A DNA stretch of 64,000 nt from Antedon mediterranea (Eukaryota; Animalia; Echinodermata), in contig NC_092680.1 in NCBI RefSeq assembly GCF_964355755.1, positions 10,726,001-10,790,000 of the forward strand, in the 5' to 3' direction. The position numbers were made by a program, and so were the translations under genes. Positions 50,197 to 63,201 of the stretch are shown one piece after another. Under the pieces are notes generated by a model that saw only the letters and a list, made by a program, of their open reading frames with translations, searched no databases and was not told the DNA's origin. Each line of letters opens with the position of its first letter. The first letter of the stretch is position 1.

Positions 50197-52805
50197 GAGC
50201 TCATAATAGTCTATTTATATGAAATGAATGATCAATCAATGAAAAATAATGCCATGCAACTTTGTTTCTGATTGAAAAAAATGTCCACTTGATTAGGCCT
50301 GACATTTACAACCCTCAAAATATCTCACTTTCAAAAACCATATTTATTTTCAATTAAAAAAAAAAGAAAAAAAAATATCCCTAGAGGTTCGACGCACTAC
50401 TGAGAGCACTCAAACCTGAGCATTACCCGTTACGCCACAAACCAGTAGATGACTGAAGAGCTGATAATAGTGTATTTATATGAAATGAACGATCAATCAA
50501 TGAAAAATAATGCCATGCAACTTTGTTTCTGATTTTAAAAAAGATCCATTTGTTTAGGCCTGACATTTACAACCTTCAAAATATCTCATTTTCAAAAAAA
50601 ATATTTATTTTCAATTAAAAAAAAAAGAGAAAAAATATCCCTAGATGTTCGAAACCACTATTGAGAGCACTCAAACCTGAGCATTACCCGTTACGCCACA
50701 AACCAGTAGATGACTGAACAGCTGATAATAGTCTATTTATATGAATGGATGATCAATCAATGAAATATAATGCTATGCAACTTTATTTCGGATTTTTAAA
50801 AAGGTCGACTTGATTAGGCATGACATTTAAAACCATAAAAATATCTCACTATCAAAAACAATATTTATTTTCAATTAAAAAAAAGAAAAAAGAAATATCC
50901 CTAGAGGTTAGAACCCACTACTGAGAGCACTCAGACCTGAGTATTACCCGTTACGCCACAAACCAGTAGATGACTGAAGGGCTGATAATAGTCTATTTAT
51001 ATGAAATGAATGATCAATCAATGAAAAATAATGCCATGCAACTTTGTTTCTGATTGAAAAAAAGATCCGTTTGTTTAGGCCTGACATTTACAACCCTCAA
51101 AATATCTCATTTTAATAAAAAATATTTATTTTCAATAAGAAAAAAAAAAGAAATATCCCTAGAGGTTGGAACCCGCTACTGAGAGCACTCGAACCTGGGT
51201 ATTACCCGTTACGCCACAAACCAGTAGATGACTGAAGAGCTGATAATATGAAATTAATGATCAATCAATGAAAAATAATGCCATGCAACTTTGTTTCTGA
51301 TTTTAAAAAAGGTCCACTTCTTTAGGCCTGACATTTACAACCCTCAAAATATCTTACTTTCAAAAACAATATTTATTTTCAATTTAAAAAAAAAATAAAT
51401 AAAAATATCCTTAGAGGTGCGAACCCACTACTGCGAGCACTCAAACTTGAGCATTACCTGCTACGCCACAAACCAGTAGATGACTGAAGAGCTAATAATA
51501 CTCTATTTATATGAAATGAATAATTAATCAATGTAAAATGATGTTATGCAACTTTGTTTCTGATTTTAAAAAAAGGTCCTTTTCTTTAGGCCTAGCATTT
51601 ACAACCCTCAAAATATCTCACTTTCAAAAACAATATTTATTTTCAATAAAAAAAAAGAAAAAAAATATCCCAAGAGGTTCAAACCCACTACTGAGAGAAC
51701 TCAAACCTGAGCATTACCGGTTACGCCACAAACCAGTAGATGCCTGAAGAGATCATAATAGTCTATTTATATGAAATGAATGATCAATCAATGTAAAATG
51801 ATGTTATGCAACTTTGTTTCTGATTTTAAAAAAGGTCCACTTGGTTAGGCATGACATTTACAACCATAAAAATATCTCACTTTCAAAAACAATATTTATT
51901 TTCAATTAAAAAAAAAGAAAAAAATACCCGTATAGGTTCGAACCCACTGCTGAGAGCACTCAAACCTGAGCATTACCCGTTACGCCACAAACCAGTAGAT
52001 GACTGAAGAGCTGATAATAGTCTATTTATATGAATGGATAAATCAATCAATGAAAAATAATGCTATGCAACTTCATTTCTGATTTTTAAAAAGGTCGACT
52101 TGGTTAGGCATGACATTTACAACCATAAAAATATCTCACTTTCAAAAACAATATTTATTTTCAATTAAAAAAAAAGAAAAAAATACCCGTATAGGTTCGA
52201 ACCCACTGCTGAGAGCACTCAAACCTGAGCATTACCCGTTACGCCACAAACCAGTAGATGACTGAAGAGCTGATAATAGTCTATTTATATGAATGGATAA
52301 ATCAATCAATGAAAAATAATGCTATGCAACTTCATTTCTGATTTTTAAAAAGGTCGACTTGGTTAGGCATGACATTTACAACCATAAAAATATCTCACTA
52401 TCAAAAACAATATTTATTTCAATTAAAAAAAAAAGAAAAAATATTCCTAGAGATTCGAACCCACTACTGAGAGAACTCAAACCTGAGCATTACCGGTTAC
52501 GCCACAACCCAGTAGACGAGTGAAGAGCTGATAATAGTCTATTTATATAAAATAAATGATCAATCAATGAAAAATAATGTCATGCAACTTTGTTTCTGAT
52601 TTTAAAAAAGGTCCACTTGTTTAGGCCTGACATTTACAACTATAACAATATTTCACTTTCAAAAACAATATTTTTTTTCAAATAAAAAAAAAAAAAAAAT
52701 ACCCGTATAGGTTCGAACCCACTATTGAAATCACTCAAACCTGAGCATTACTCGTTACGCCGCAAACCAGTTGATGACTGAAGTGCTGATAATAGTCTAT
52801 TTATA

Positions 52806-55800
52806 CAGCCAATTCTGCTACTGTCCACAGGTGCTATCTGTAAAACTATACCAAGTTATACACGTTGCTGTCTGCTATAAATGCTGTACTTTTAACACAC
52901 GGTACACTGTCTGTAGCACAGTGTGTGTTGACAATTTACAATGATTTACAGCCATAGGCAGGTTTTCGTACTGCCATGCAAGAATGGATAGGTGTTTTCC
53001 GGCGCTTTTAGGCCTTCTAGTCAATTATTGTTATTATTATACGAATTACGTAATTAGTCTAGTAGCTCATCTACCTTTTTAGCAGGGCATAATGCATATT
53101 GTAGCTATGCTAGGCCTACTAGTCTAGCGGGAAATCAACCACTTATTTTGTTGGATACGAGTTTAGGGTAGGAAGTTAAGTACGAGTTGGCATGGGTACG
53201 AGTCGACCAGGGGTGAATCGACCAGAGTACACCCGGCCGCCCTACTAGAGCATAGGCTACAGGCCAACATTGGGACGCCCAAAAAAGCCATCCTATGAGC
53301 ATAAAAAGGCCTCGTAGAGCCAGACATGTTAACATATACTACACAGTACTAGTACGTCTACCATTTATTATAGTTCCATGGTACTACGGATCACTACTAT
53401 CTAGGTCTAGTAGGTAGGGTAGGTTTCCAGTAATTTCGGTCGCGTTTTTTCAGGAGGGCATGTGAGAGGTGAGGTAGGTTAGCCCAGCTAGGCTAAACTA
53501 ACATGTAAGTAGTATTCTACCATGGGATGGGAACGAGTCGGCATGGGGGTACGGGTTGATCTTTATCCGTATTCTAGGGTGCTGGTCAACCCGTAACGTA
53601 CCCATGTCAACTCGTACCAAACTTGGCTAACTCGTACCCAAATAATTGGTCAACTCGTACCAATAGCTTTATAGCTTTATTGATAGCTGGGTTCAAATCT
53701 AGGTTGGGACGGTTTTTTCTCATTCTAAAATAGATTTCCTTATAATAATAAAATAATATCGACCTATGAATTTAACTGTAATATTGTATTGTATACATAA
53801 TATTAGTAGTAATAGTAATTCCCATTGCATTTATTATTATAATATATTTTACGGTTACCCCTTAATTATACTATAGTATAACTTCCTTGTTATATTTTAC
53901 AATATTTTCTTCATAATTCAACAAATTTTTTTCACAGCTAATTATCAAACTGAATCATCACACACCAAATCTCATGAAATCTCTAGTGTATTTCTCAAAG
54001 CTAATCCAGCTACATGGTATTGCCTTGAGGCTAAACTACACTGTATACTGGGCACTACCATCATTCCTGGCCCGTCAACCTGGACCAAATTATGGTCCAA
54101 CACAGTCGTGTACTACTGATTCCAAATAGTGAATTACATCCTGTGGTCAAGGATTTATTTGCACTTATGCTTATTTCCTCCAACATACAGAGTACGTAGG
54201 GCTTTTAATTTGCTTTTATACCTGTTAATTAAAAAATCGTTTATGCCTATTGTTGCATAAAGATCAAATTTAGACTGTAAATACTGGGATGATCACCCTA
54301 AATTTTTTTTCATTTAACAATTTTATATTTCACAGCCAGAAAAAAGCATACAGGTTTTTTTTTAATTCATAACTGTTGAATTGCATTCCAATACATGGTA
54401 CCTATTGGTATTATATCTATAATAATAAAGTACTCTCTTATAAATAGATGTATCTCTCCAAACTACTCCAATATAATCTAATAATAGTACTATTAGCATA
54501 CTACTGTACACTTTGTAGACAAGAAATAAGTTGTATCCACCTTGAGGACTTATGTAAGTACTATACAGTCGATCGTCCTCTCACTGGTCTGGTCAACATA
54601 ATCTACGCCTAGATAGATTATTACAGTAATTAAAGTACATTATTACAGAGATTTTTTTTTTCAGAAATCAAAGTTATGTGTATAGAAAGCAGTACTCGTA
54701 TTAAAAACTAAGCAGGTTGTACTCTTGAACGCAAACTGGCAGGAAAATTTTGAATATTTTTTGTTGTTGAAATGATGGAATCCTAACTTCAATTTCCACG
54801 AACTGGAGACGAAGACGAAGACGACCCTTTTATTTAAATTTATTTGGATAGACCTCCATGTAAATTCATTAAAGGCTATATGATTGTTTTATATTTTAAT
54901 ATGTGATAGTAGAAAATCATTGTCTATAATGAGGACTATGAATCTGATATTTACTTGCATTCTCATCTTTTTAAAATTTTATTTATAATGGTAGTGAATT
55001 TACTATTGAAAAAGTCATGTGTCCACTTATCTCAAATTGTGTCACACCTCTAACCTTGGTAGAACTGACTGTGTTCTATATGAGTACATTTAATTTGCCA
55101 TATAGTAGTGTTTCCACCATACTTCAACCTGGTAATTGAATACATTTCATCGGGGTAAAGTTATCACCTTTAACATAAAGTATCCTCCTGAAACATGTAT
55201 TTGTACTGTACTTCATCTACTATTCATTTAATTACTTAATACTAATTTGGGTGATTTATGTCTAACTTCAGGAATGATCTGAGGCTAGAAGAACGAATTT
55301 CTGCACATATAATTTATATAAAAAATAAACCAATGTTTTCCTAAAAATTTAACCCCTAGGTTGATAACTAACAAATAAATTATTGAAATTGTGTTCTCAC
55401 AATATATGTGTACTGTATCTACATATGCATACACTGCTGTACTTGTTTTTAACCGCATAATGGCATTAAAAAAAAAACAATGTTTTATAATTATTATGTT
55501 ATTTCCAAATATTAAAGGTCTGAAACAGAAACTAAATGTTACCAAACTATGTTTTTGAAAATCTCTATGATATAATATAATAATATGAACATAATATTAA
55601 ATTATATTGACTATTTTTGATAATCATCATGTCCTTATAAATTCATTTATATTTCTTTTGTGTAATATAGTTCATATATTATGTATTAAATAAATTGGTA
55701 AGGCCCTGTACTGTTTATATTTAAGGAAAGTTTATATACACTATTATTTTATGCCTACCAATATTAGTATTAATTGTTTATGTAACTATTTTGTCTAATT

Positions 55801-58800
55801 GCATTGATTTTTTGTATAGGCCAATGGCATTAATGTTTTCTCAAATCAAATTAGCCTAATAATGCCATATTTAGAAACATAATTCATTGATTTCTGATAT
55901 TCTGTACTTGTGTATGCATTACTAAAATAGTAGTTATTTTATTTCATTTATAATGTATGTATAAACTTTTATTCAGTTTTTTTTTACATTTTTAAGTTTA
56001 AAAATTATTAAAATACCTATCTACCTTTCTGTTATTGTTACTATTATAATATTTTTTGAGGCAGATTGATTTCAATAAAAAAAATTTAAACAATTAATTT
56101 ATGATTTATACTGTACTATGTTAGTTCAGGAGATGAAGTGTATGTTGGTAGAATCTGGTGTGTTGGAGGTTGGGGGATGTGAGGTGTATTTTTGTCACTT
56201 TAAGACCTAAATTAGATGTTTTCTGAAGAAAAGAAGTAAGTGGATAGGCTTTCAAACAACTCCAAGAAGATTCACACAAAAATAATTACTTAACAATAAA
56301 ATAGTATGTAACAGTGTAAATTACACTACATTGAATAAACTCGAGCGGAAAAATAACACACATAAAAAATCATTCATTTCCTTGTCGAAAAGCGCCCTCT
56401 CTAGGTTTCTTTTAATTTATTAATAATTATTATTAATTAATGAGTAATATAAAATTATTTTTAACAATAATGCTGGAAGCTGATTCTACTCCTAACAAGG
56501 TGTCATACCTCCAAATTTCGTCAACGTATTCAAAGCACTTCAATAAATATCACATTGAACATTAAAAATTAGGGTTATGGATAGAAATTTGCTTAAAAAC
56601 ATATACAAAAAACATCGATAAAAAATACTTTTCAAATTTAAAAACATTTGAAACTTCTTTTATATGTTCAATATAGGTTGCTCTATTCACAGAAACAAAA
56701 TTTCATTCATGAATGTTTTTTGTTGGTTGTTTTTTTCAAAATCGTTATTAGGTTTAAAAAATGCATTGGAATTGTATGGTCTTTCATAAGTGTACATTTT
56801 GTAAAAACGTAAATTAAAAAAATCGGTAATATGGCTCGATAGTTATTTTTTTTTTTGTAATATGGATGGAGCAACCTATATTGAACATTTATACCAAGTG
56901 TTTTTGAATACGAAAATTATTTTTTATCGATGTTTTTTGTATATGTTTTAAGCAAAATTCTATCCATAACCCTAATTTTTAATGTTCAATGTGATATTTA
57001 TTGAAGTGCTTTGAATACGTTGATGAAATTTGGAGGTATGAAACTTTGTTTGGAGTAGAATCAGCTTCCAGCATCAAATGTTAAAAATATGTTTATATTA
57101 CTAATTAATTAATAACAATTATTAATAAATTAATAGAAAACTAGAGAGGGCGCTTTTCGACCAGGAAATGAATGTTTTTTTATGTGTGTTATTTTTCCGC
57201 TCGAATTCATTCAATGTACTTTAACATACACTATTACATACTATTTTATTGGGAAGCCTATTCGCTTCTTTTCTTCAGAAAACATCTAATTTAGGTCTTA
57301 AAGTCACAAAAATACACCTCACATCACCAACCTCAAACACACCAGATTCTACCAACACACACTTCATCTCCTGAACTAACATAGTACAGTATAAGTCAAA
57401 TTAAATGTTTTAATTCTTTTTATTGAAATCAATCTTCTGCAAAAAATATTATAATAGTAACAATAACAGAAAGGTTGATAGGTATTTTAATATTTTTTTA
57501 ACTTAAAAAGGTAAAAAAAAACCTGAATAAATGTTTATACATACATTATAAATGCAATAAAATAACTACTATTTTAGTAATGCATACACAAGTACAGAAT
57601 ATCAGAAATCAATGAATTATGTGTCTAAATATGGCATTATAAGGCTAATTTGCTTTGAGAAAAACATTAATGCCATTGGCCTGTACAAAAAATCAATGCA
57701 ATTTGACAAAATAGTTACATAAACAATTAATACTAATATTGGTAGGCATAAAATAATAGTGTATATAAACTTTCCTTAAATATAAACAATACCTTACCAA
57801 TTTATTTAATACATAATATATGAACTATATTACACAAAAGAAATATAAATGAATTTATAAGGACATGATGATTATCAATATAATTTAATATTATGTTCAT
57901 ATTAATATATTATATCATAGAGATTTTCAAAAACATAGTTTGGTAACATTTAGTTTCTGTTTCAGACCTTTAATATTTGGAAATAACCTATAATAATTAT
58001 AAAACATTCTTGTTTTCAATGCCATTATGCGATTAAAAACAAGTACAGCAGTATGCATATGTAGATACAGTACACCTATATATTGTGAGAACATAATTTC
58101 AATAATTTCTTTGTTAGTTATCAACCTAGGGGTTAAATTATTAGGAAAACATTGGTTTATTTTTTATATGTGTACAGAAATTCGTTCTTCTAGCCTCAGA
58201 TCATTCCTGAAGCTAGACATAAATCACATAAATTAGTATTAAGTAATGGATATTAGATGAAGTACAGTACAAATACATGTTTCAGGAGGATACTTTATGT
58301 TAAAGGTGATAATTAGTTTAAATGTTACCCCAATGAAATTTATTCAATTACCAGGTTGAAGTAGTCTGGTGGAAACACTACTATATGTACTCATGTAGAA
58401 CACAGTCAGTTCTACCAAGGTTAGAGGTGGGTGCCAACATTTGAGATAAGTGGAAACATGACCTTTTCAATAGTAAATTCATTACCAGCATTATAAATAA
58501 AATGTTAAAAAGATGAGAATGCAAGTAAATATTAGATTCATAGTCCTCATTATGCACAATGGTTTTCTACTATCACATTATTAAAATATAAAACAATCAT
58601 ATAGCCTTTAATGAATTTACATGGAGGTCTATCCAAATAAATCTAAATAAAAGGGTCGTAATATGTCTTTGTCTCCAGTTCGTAGAAAATGAACAAAAAA
58701 TATTCAAAATATCCTGCCAGTTTGCGTTCAGTACAACCTGCTTAGTTTTTAATATGAGTACTGCTTTCTATACACATAACTTTGATTTCTGCAAAAAAAA

Positions 58801-60999
58801 AAAATCTCTGTAATAATGTACTTTTTAATTACTGTAATAATCTAGGCATAGATTATGTTGACCAGGCCAGTGAGAGGACGATCGACTGTACAGTACTACC
58901 ATAAGTCTTCTAGGTAGATACAACTTATTTCTTGTCTACAAAGTGTACAGTAGTATGCTAATAGTACTATTATTAGATTAGGTAGTTGGAGTAGTTTGGA
59001 GAGATACATCTATTTATAAGAGAGTACTTTATATTTATAGATATAATACCAATAGGTACCATGTATTGGGAGGCAATTCAACAGTTATGAATAAAAAAAA
59101 CTCTGTATGCTTTTTTCTGGCTGTGAAATATAAAATTGTTAAATGAAAAAGAAAATTTAGGGTTATCATCCCAGTATTTACAGTCTAAATTTGATCTTTA
59201 TGCAACAATAGGCATAAACGATTTCTTAATTAACAGGTATAAAAGCAAATTAAAAGCCCTACGTACTCTGTATGTTGGAGGAAATAAGCATAAGTGCAAA
59301 TAAATCCTTGACCACAGGATGTAATTCACTATTTGGAATCAGTAGTACACGACTGTGTTGGACCATAATGTGGTCCAGGGTGACGGGCCAGGAATGATGG
59401 TAGTGCCCAGTATACAATGTAGTTTAGCCTCAAGGCAATACCATGTAGCTGGATTAGCTTGGAGAAATACACTAGAGATTTCATGAGATTTGGTGTGTGA
59501 TGATTCAGTTTGATAATTAGCTGTGAAAAAAAATTGTTGAATTATGAAGAAAATATTGTAAAATATAACAAGGAAGTTATACTATAGTATAATTAAGGGG
59601 TAACCGTAAAATATATTATAATAATAAATTAAAATGCAATGGGAATTACTATTACTACTAATATTATGTATACAATACAATATTACAGTTAAATTCATAG
59701 GTCGATATTATTTTATTATTATAAGGAAATCTGTTTTAGAATGAGAAAAAACCGTCCCAACCTAGATTTGAACCCAGCTATCAATAAAGCTATAAAGCTA
59801 TTGGTACGAGTTGACCAATTATTTGGGTACGAGTTAGCCAAGTTTTGTAAGAGTTGACATGGGTACGTTACGGAATACGGATAAAGATCAACCCGTACCC
59901 CCATGCCGACTCGTTCCCATCCCATGGTAGAATACTACTTACATGTTAGTTTAGCCTAGCTGGGCTAACCTACCTCACCTCTCACATGCGCTCCTGAAAA
60001 AACGCGACCGAAATTACTGGAACCCTACCCTAGCCTACTAGACCTAGATAGTAGTGATCCGTAGTACCATGGAACTATAATAAATGGTAGACGTACTAGT
60101 ACTGTGTAGTATATGTTAACATGTCTGGCTCTACGAGGCTTTTTTATGCTCATAAGATGGCTTTTTTGGGCTTCCCAATATAGGCCTATGCCTATAGCTA
60201 GGACAGATTTCCCATTCCTGCAGGCCTTTAGCCTATGCTCTAGTAGGGCGGCCGGGTGTACTCTGGTCGATTCACCCCTGGTCGACTCGTACCCATGCCA
60301 ACTCGTACTTAACTTCCTACCCTAAACTCGTATCCAACCAAATAATTGGTTGATTTCTTGCTAGACTAGTAGGCCTAGCCTAGCTACATTATTCATTATG
60401 CCCTGCTAAAATTAAGCGACGTTGGGCCTGGTTAGAGCTTGGATGGGAGACCATCTGGGAATAACGGGTGCTGTATACGGAGCTGGGGTCCCGTTAGGCA
60501 TTTGAAATCAGCACTGCTGACTCTTATGGCAGCCCTTGCATCTAGTATCTGCCTCAGACCTCTGGTCAATGTGGGCACTGGACGAGAGAAGCCCTTGATC
60601 AATGTTAGGACCAATCAAGGTGCTTTAAACAGTCCTGGCTTTGTTTGTATCAAACCTGTTAGTGGCGGTAATTATCGCTGTTGGTTTCGATTAAATAAAT
60701 AAAATAAAATAAAATAAAATAAAATAAAAGGTAGATGAGCTACTAGACTAATTACGTAATTCGTATAATAATAACAATAATTGACTAGAAGGTCTAAAAG
60801 CGGCGGAAAACACCTATCCATTCTTGCATGGCAGTACGAAAACCTGCCTATGGTTGTACATCATTGTAAATTGTCAACACACACTGTGCTACAGACAGTG
60901 TACCGTGTGTTAAAAGTACAGCATTTATAGCAGACAGCAACGTGTATAACTTGCTATAGTTTTACAGATAGCACCTGTGGACAGTAGCAGAATCGGGTG
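52806..60999. mobile_element. 8.2-kb foldback (palindromic) element with ~3.9-kb arms and ~185-bp spacer
   Basis: 52806 CAGCCAATTCTGCTACTGTCCACAGG vs reverse complement ending 60999; symmetry followed inward to 'tgttcaatataggttgctc' (~56683) / 'gagcaacctatattgaaca' (~56869); mirrored ORFs 53135/60113 and 55285/58027. Confidence 0.93.
60412..60728 (+). mobile_element. 5'-truncated 5S rRNA-derived SINE (SINE3-like)
   Basis: 'ttaagcgacgttgggcctggttagagcttggatgggagacc..ctgggaata.cgggtgctgta' matches the 3' half of eukaryotic 5S rRNA; unique body; (TAAAA)n tail; absent from the mirror arm at ~53075. Confidence 0.88.
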
Positions 61000-62108
61000 C
61001 ACCAACATAATTTCTGTGACTACAATTAATGGCTTTTTTCAGTTCCTTACTACAACACTTAAATCTATCTGTAGCTTCATTTGTTTTATAATCTTAGCCT
61101 TCCTATATAATTTTCTTTTCTTTGTACAAAGTTTCTTAATTTCTGTAGTAATCCATGGAAATAATGTAGTCTTATTTCTTTTCTTAATAGGCACAGATTC
61201 ATATTTTCAAACATAAAACAATTTTTCCAATTAAAATTAATTAATATGCTTTTCATCTTTTCAAAATCTGCATTTTTTTAGTGCATAAACAGTTTTTGTT
61301 ATAACTTTGTCACGTTGTTTTGATATCCTTAGACATATCTCAATTGCCTCATGATCACATGAGTCAAAATTGTTAATAATTTGACATTTATCAATTAAAA
61401 GTGGATTACTAACAAAAGCCAAGTCCAAAAAGTGCACATCCTCATTTCATGTTCCATAAGAAGGCTGTTCTATTATTTGCACTAGTCCAGTTGCCATTGT
61501 TCCTTCTACCAAGCTTCCTGCTTGGGCGGATAAACCATTGTTCACATTCAAACAATTCCAATCAACATGAATATTAAAGTCGCCTATGAGTAATACCTGT
61601 TTGTAATCAACAACTTTTGTTTGAACTTTATCTAGATTATCAATAAAGGAATTTAAATATTGAACATTTGAAGAAGGCGGCCTATAAAACACTCCTAATA
61701 AAATTTTACCTATATTACTATGACATTCTATCCAAATCAGTTCAAGTGTATCAACATTGAGATCTGTGCATAAAGATGGATTTAAACATGTTTTACAAGC
61801 AATTAAAACCCCCCTCCATGAGAATTTCTATCCTTTCTAAAAATATCATTGTTTAAAAGCTGACTATCATATACTGTGTTAACGAGCCATGTCTCTGATA
61901 TAGCAATGACGTCATGAGACGAAGAAGAAAATCTAACATTGAAATCTAATAATTTGTTTTTCACACTTCTTATATTACAATAGAATAAACTTAACATTTT
62001 ACATGATTTTGTGTTACCTGAATTTACTATATTACTGCTATTATTACTAGAATCATTGTTTCTATTAATTTCATTTAATGTTATGTCATTATCATCAGCA
62101 CTCTTCAT
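61000..62108 (-). pseudogene. LINE ORF2 apurinic-like endonuclease (frameshifted)
   Basis: YCNIRS, AISETWL, RKDRNSHGGG, FYRPP, LIGDFN, LDLAF, SCDHEAI motifs across frames. Confidence 0.88.
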
Positions 62109-62166
62109 CTTAGCTACATTTATTACGGCTTCATCTACTTTGCCATTTTTTCAGTGTTCAACAAAA

Positions 62167-63201
62167 TCAGCAAAATTTCGCTTTATGTCCTACTTGTTTA
62201 CAAACCCAACACACAACTGCTTTTCCATGTCTGCAAACTCGTCGTACATGTTCACTCTCGCCACAGAAATGACAATTTGCTACAGGCATGCTTTGATGAT
62301 CTCTAGTGTGCGTGCTTCCAGTTCTTATATTTTTCTTTGGTGATATTATTGACAGTACATTATTAATACTCTTAACCAAGGCTAATGTACCCCTCAAGTT
62401 AAGATGTAAACCATGACTTGTAAACTTTGATGAATACACTCCATATCGTGTAGTGAAAGCTCGGCTGTGATCAATAACAATGTTACCGAAAGAATATTTG
62501 AGCATTTCATTTACGTCAAAAACGCGTCTGTTTAATGAAAGATCATCAAGTCTCGGGCAAATCGCTGAGATGAAAACCTCGCCTGTTATCCTCATTTTAA
62601 GCCTTGATATCATATCAGTGTAGTCGTTCTTTAGCCTATCCAAGTCAAAGTTGATATCCCAACAGTCATTTGTTCCAGCATGAATGACAACATTTTCTAC
62701 ATTGGTCAGATCGATCTCACATAATGTATAGTTAACTTGTTCCACAGTTGCTCCTCTTAATGTTCTCACAGATGTTTCACATAGACCATTTGTCTTAATA
62801 TGCTTCAGCATAGAGTCACCTATTATTAGATTTCTTTGTTGATTAGCTGGAATTTGTTTGGCTGGAATCTGTTTAACTGGAATATGTTTAGCTGGAATTT
62901 GTTTAGCTGGAAGTTGTTTTGCTGTAATTTGTTCGGCTTTCTTTGTAGGCTTAGGTGATACATTATTATAAGTAATATTTTACAAATTTTCTTCACAGAC
63001 TTTGCCTTCTTCCCTCCTAGTGATACTGAGGCAAGGGTTATTCAAATTAATAGATGTTTGAGTATTTGATTTTACAACTGATCTCTTTGCTGAACATCTT
63101 GGTTGTTTGAAATCCTGTTCACTTACTAGAACCTGTAACGTCTTGACTTGTTCCTCTAATACAGCATTCCTATCAATAATTTCCTTATACGAGGATGAGA
63201 G
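62167..63201 (-). pseudogene. LINE ORF1: SGNH esterase plus two CCHC zinc knuckles; N-terminal part disrupted
   Basis: IIGDSML just upstream of the listed Met, VVIHAGTND, HGLHLN, then CHFCGESEHVRRVC and CWVCKQVGHKAKFC; 15-bp PAKQI-type repeat at ~62845-62940. Confidence 0.85.

Larger units (their letters stand above)
33201..52805 (-). repeat. Satellite C array, reverse orientation (roughly 35 units), interrupted by many insertions
   Basis: 'aggttcgaacccac...cattacccgttacgccacaaaccag' recurring every ~250-260 bp in blocks 33201-33442, 36354-37654, 38356-40119, 41266-42493, 43580-45676, 50197-52805. Confidence 0.93.
61000..63201 (-). mobile_element. CR1/L2-group LINE fragment (ORF1 plus endonuclease part of ORF2), truncated at both ends
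   Basis: Esterase ORF1 followed by AP-endonuclease motifs; RT absent. Confidence 0.88.

Noticed and set aside
53135-60325. Short ORFs in the palindrome arms as a transposase
   Set aside because: Short, frames differ between arms, and no catalytic motifs.
60412-60475. 5S rRNA gene
   Set aside because: The 5' half is missing, there is no T-run terminator, and it continues into a SINE body and tail.
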